Below are positions 61,850 to 64,000 of a DNA stretch of 64,000 bases, one piece after another; position 1 is the stretch's first letter; every line of letters begins with the position of its first letter. Origin of the DNA: Octopus sinensis (lineage: Eukaryota). Location of the stretch: contig NC_043001.1 in the NCBI RefSeq assembly GCF_006345805.1, positions 135,656,001 to 135,720,000 on the forward strand, written 5' to 3'. The position numbers and the translations under genes are program-made. Under the pieces are notes generated by a model. The model saw only the letters and a list, made by a program, of their open reading frames with translations. It was not told where the DNA came from and searched no databases.

Positions 61850-62512
61850 ATGTGTGCTGGTGATACATAAAAGGCACCCGTGCTGGTGGCATACAGCAGG
61901 CACCAGTGACCATGGCATGAAATAGGTACCTGTACTGGTGACAAATAAGAAGCACCCGTGCCAGTGACATGTAATGGGCATCCATGCTAGTGACACGTAA
62001 CAGGCATCTATGCTGGTGGAATGTAAAAGGCATTTGTGCTGGTGACATATAAAGGACACCCATGCTGGTGACACGTAAAGGCATCTGTGTCGGTGACATG
62101 TAATAGATACCCAGTACACTCCGTGTAGTACAGTGGTCCCCAAACCTTTACAGGTTGCTGCCCCCTTGACATCCAGGCCACATTTCTAGTGCCCCCACCC
62201 CAACTAACCTTAATGAACCCATTATTTTTTTGTTTTTACATGACGTGCTACTCATTAACTCCCCACTTTCGACATAAATCACTACCCCATTATCGCCCCA
62301 CTTTTCTTCAATGCCTCCTTGGAACTTTCCACTGCCCCCAGGGGGCAATACCACCTACTTTGGGAACCACTAGTGAATGGCATTAGCAAGGGCATCCAGC
62401 CATAGAAACCAAGCCACACCAAACTGGAATCTGGTGCAGCCTTGCGATTTACCAGTTCCAGTCAAATCATCTAGCATGGAAAATAGGATGTTAAATGATG
62501 ATAATGATGATG
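61850..62512 (+). mobile_element. RTE 3' UTR with a 26-bp tandem array, interrupted by a hAT-like MITE
   Basis: AGGCACC-type anchors at 61872, 61898, 61924, 61950 and onward; the UTR resumes at ~62372; (GAT)n tail. Confidence 0.82.
62131..62371. mobile_element. hAT/Charlie-like MITE
   Basis: CAGTGGTCCCCAAAC ... TTTGGGAACCACT terminal inverted repeats. Confidence 0.72.
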
Positions 62513-62734
62513 ATAAATTCTGGTATAAAAAGGCAGGGGAGGCAACCCTGCAGAATTAATTAAAAATAAATACGTAAACACACTGGTGGTGGGAGGTGAG
62601 TATGTACCATTTGTGACAACTGACAACTCCTAGGTTAACCCATGGCTAAACAACACACAACCCTGCCAGGTTATATTAGCTTAGTAACACTGACAATGCT
62701 GATGGCAACAGTGGTAATGACGATGACAAATACT

Positions 62735-63125
62735 CAGCAGTATTTCTTCTGACTCTTTATGTTTTGAGTTCAGTTCCCACCGTGGTCAACTTTGCCTTTC
62801 ATCCTTTTTTGAGTAACAAAATAAAGCAAGAGTGAAATACTTAAGTTGATGTAGCTGACTTTCCCCTCCCTTCAAAATTGTAGGCCTTGTGTCAAAATTA
62901 GAGAGAATTATTAAAGGCAACAAGTTAGCAGAATTATTAGCATGCAGGACAAAATGCTTAGCGATATTTCTCCCAGCTTTACATTCTGAGTTCAAATGCC
63001 ACCATGGTTGGCTTTTCCTTTTATTGTTTTAGGGTTGATAAAATAAGTAGCAGTCAAGCACTAGAGTCAATATAATTGGCTTTCCCCTTCCCTCAAAACT
63101 ACTGACTTTATGCCAAAAATTTTAA
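62735..63125 (+). mobile_element. Two tandem degraded family B SINEs
   Basis: Two copies of the GAGTTCA..GGTCAACTTTGCCTTTCATCCTTT block with TTA-type tails. Confidence 0.78.
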
Positions 63126-63143
63126 ATATTATTATTATTATTA

Positions 63144-63658
63144 GTGAGTAAGAGAGAAGTGCATGCCATCAAACTGACACTGGGGTAAAATATACAAAGC
63201 CCAGTATACCCATCATGACTACCCGTCTGATAAGGGTACACTAGGCACATGCATCACAACCATATGTGCGCAACATGGTGATCTCATATCAAGACAAACA
63301 GCACATAACCTTGCAGGTGGGGCCCAGTTAGAATTTTCTTCTGCTCAAGGAACCCATCCCGCTCAAAAGGTCCCCGAATAAGGGTTGTTTAAGGATGTTG
63401 AACGAAACACCCATGTTTCCAGAGGTGAATTATTCAAACCCCAAAGAATTCCTCTCAACACATGGCTATGATGCTCCCCCACTACTTCTACTCGTGACCA
63501 GAGATGCACATATCGTCAGTCAATAAGGGACATACTCAACTGGTTATGGTCAAACAACTGACAAGGAAATCTGTGATATTGAGTAGAATAGTTACTGTAG
63601 CCCATCTTTTATACCAAGACAAAACAATGTACATAACACTTTCAATCAGTTAAGACCA
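63144..63658. mobile_element. Element X, 3'-truncated copy
   Basis: Same orientation as 3530-4084; begins directly after (ATT)n and ends at a (GTT)n run. Confidence 0.85.
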
Positions 63659-64000
63659 GTTGCTGTTGTTGTTGTTGTGGTCTTTGACAGGTCTGACAAT
63701 GGTTTCTATTGACGAGGCAGGAATCCAATCTCAAAGAGGTAGGATGATGATATAACTAAGAGTTGAGAATAATAATATTAAGATTTCTGATGAGTATGAC
63801 ATTTTCTAATTAATCTTCAACAGAAAGTATTCAGTCATCACAAATACAAACAGGTTTCAAACAATTCATCACTTAACCATTTCCAACAGCTGCTGATTTG
63901 AACCATTTCTGATAATCAATCAACATGGATATATATTTTCAATATTTGATATTCACCTCTTCCTCCTCTGGCTTGTCTCTCACTCCTACCACTCTATTTC

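Overview
Eukaryotic, AT-rich, repeat-dominated DNA. It is almost certainly an octopus (coleoid cephalopod), inferred from the repeat landscape: dense (TA)n/(TG)n/(AAT)n microsatellites, three tRNA-derived SINE families and (GAT)n-tailed RTE LINE ends. No host protein-coding gene can be identified with confidence. The long ORFs in the track are translations of microsatellites or tandem repeats, and the recognisable protein fragments are decayed transposon ORFs (RTE/BovB, R4/Dong, Penelope GIY-YIG, mariner, Tc1/maT, CR1-like). A few short exon-like segments are noted at low confidence. Highlights: (1) hammerhead ribozyme folds in Penelope-like remnants, including a complete type III fold at 42823-42918, a degenerate type III fold at 17843-17945 and minimal type I motifs at 27639 and 55741; (2) two short insertions copied in inverted orientation from specific donors 1.6-1.7 kb away and flanked by target duplications (38517-38635, 55711-55831), plus a larger inverted duplication (31369-32735); (3) microsatellites acting as landing pads, with (AAT)n for R4/Dong, SINE arrays and an unclassified 560-bp element, and (TA)n for Penelope-like pieces; (4) minisatellites born from transposon parts (SINE 5' end, RTE ORF end, RTE 3' UTR hairpin). 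Repeat boundaries are by eye and approximate unless a TSD or TIR is quoted; family names are from motif recognition, not database searches.
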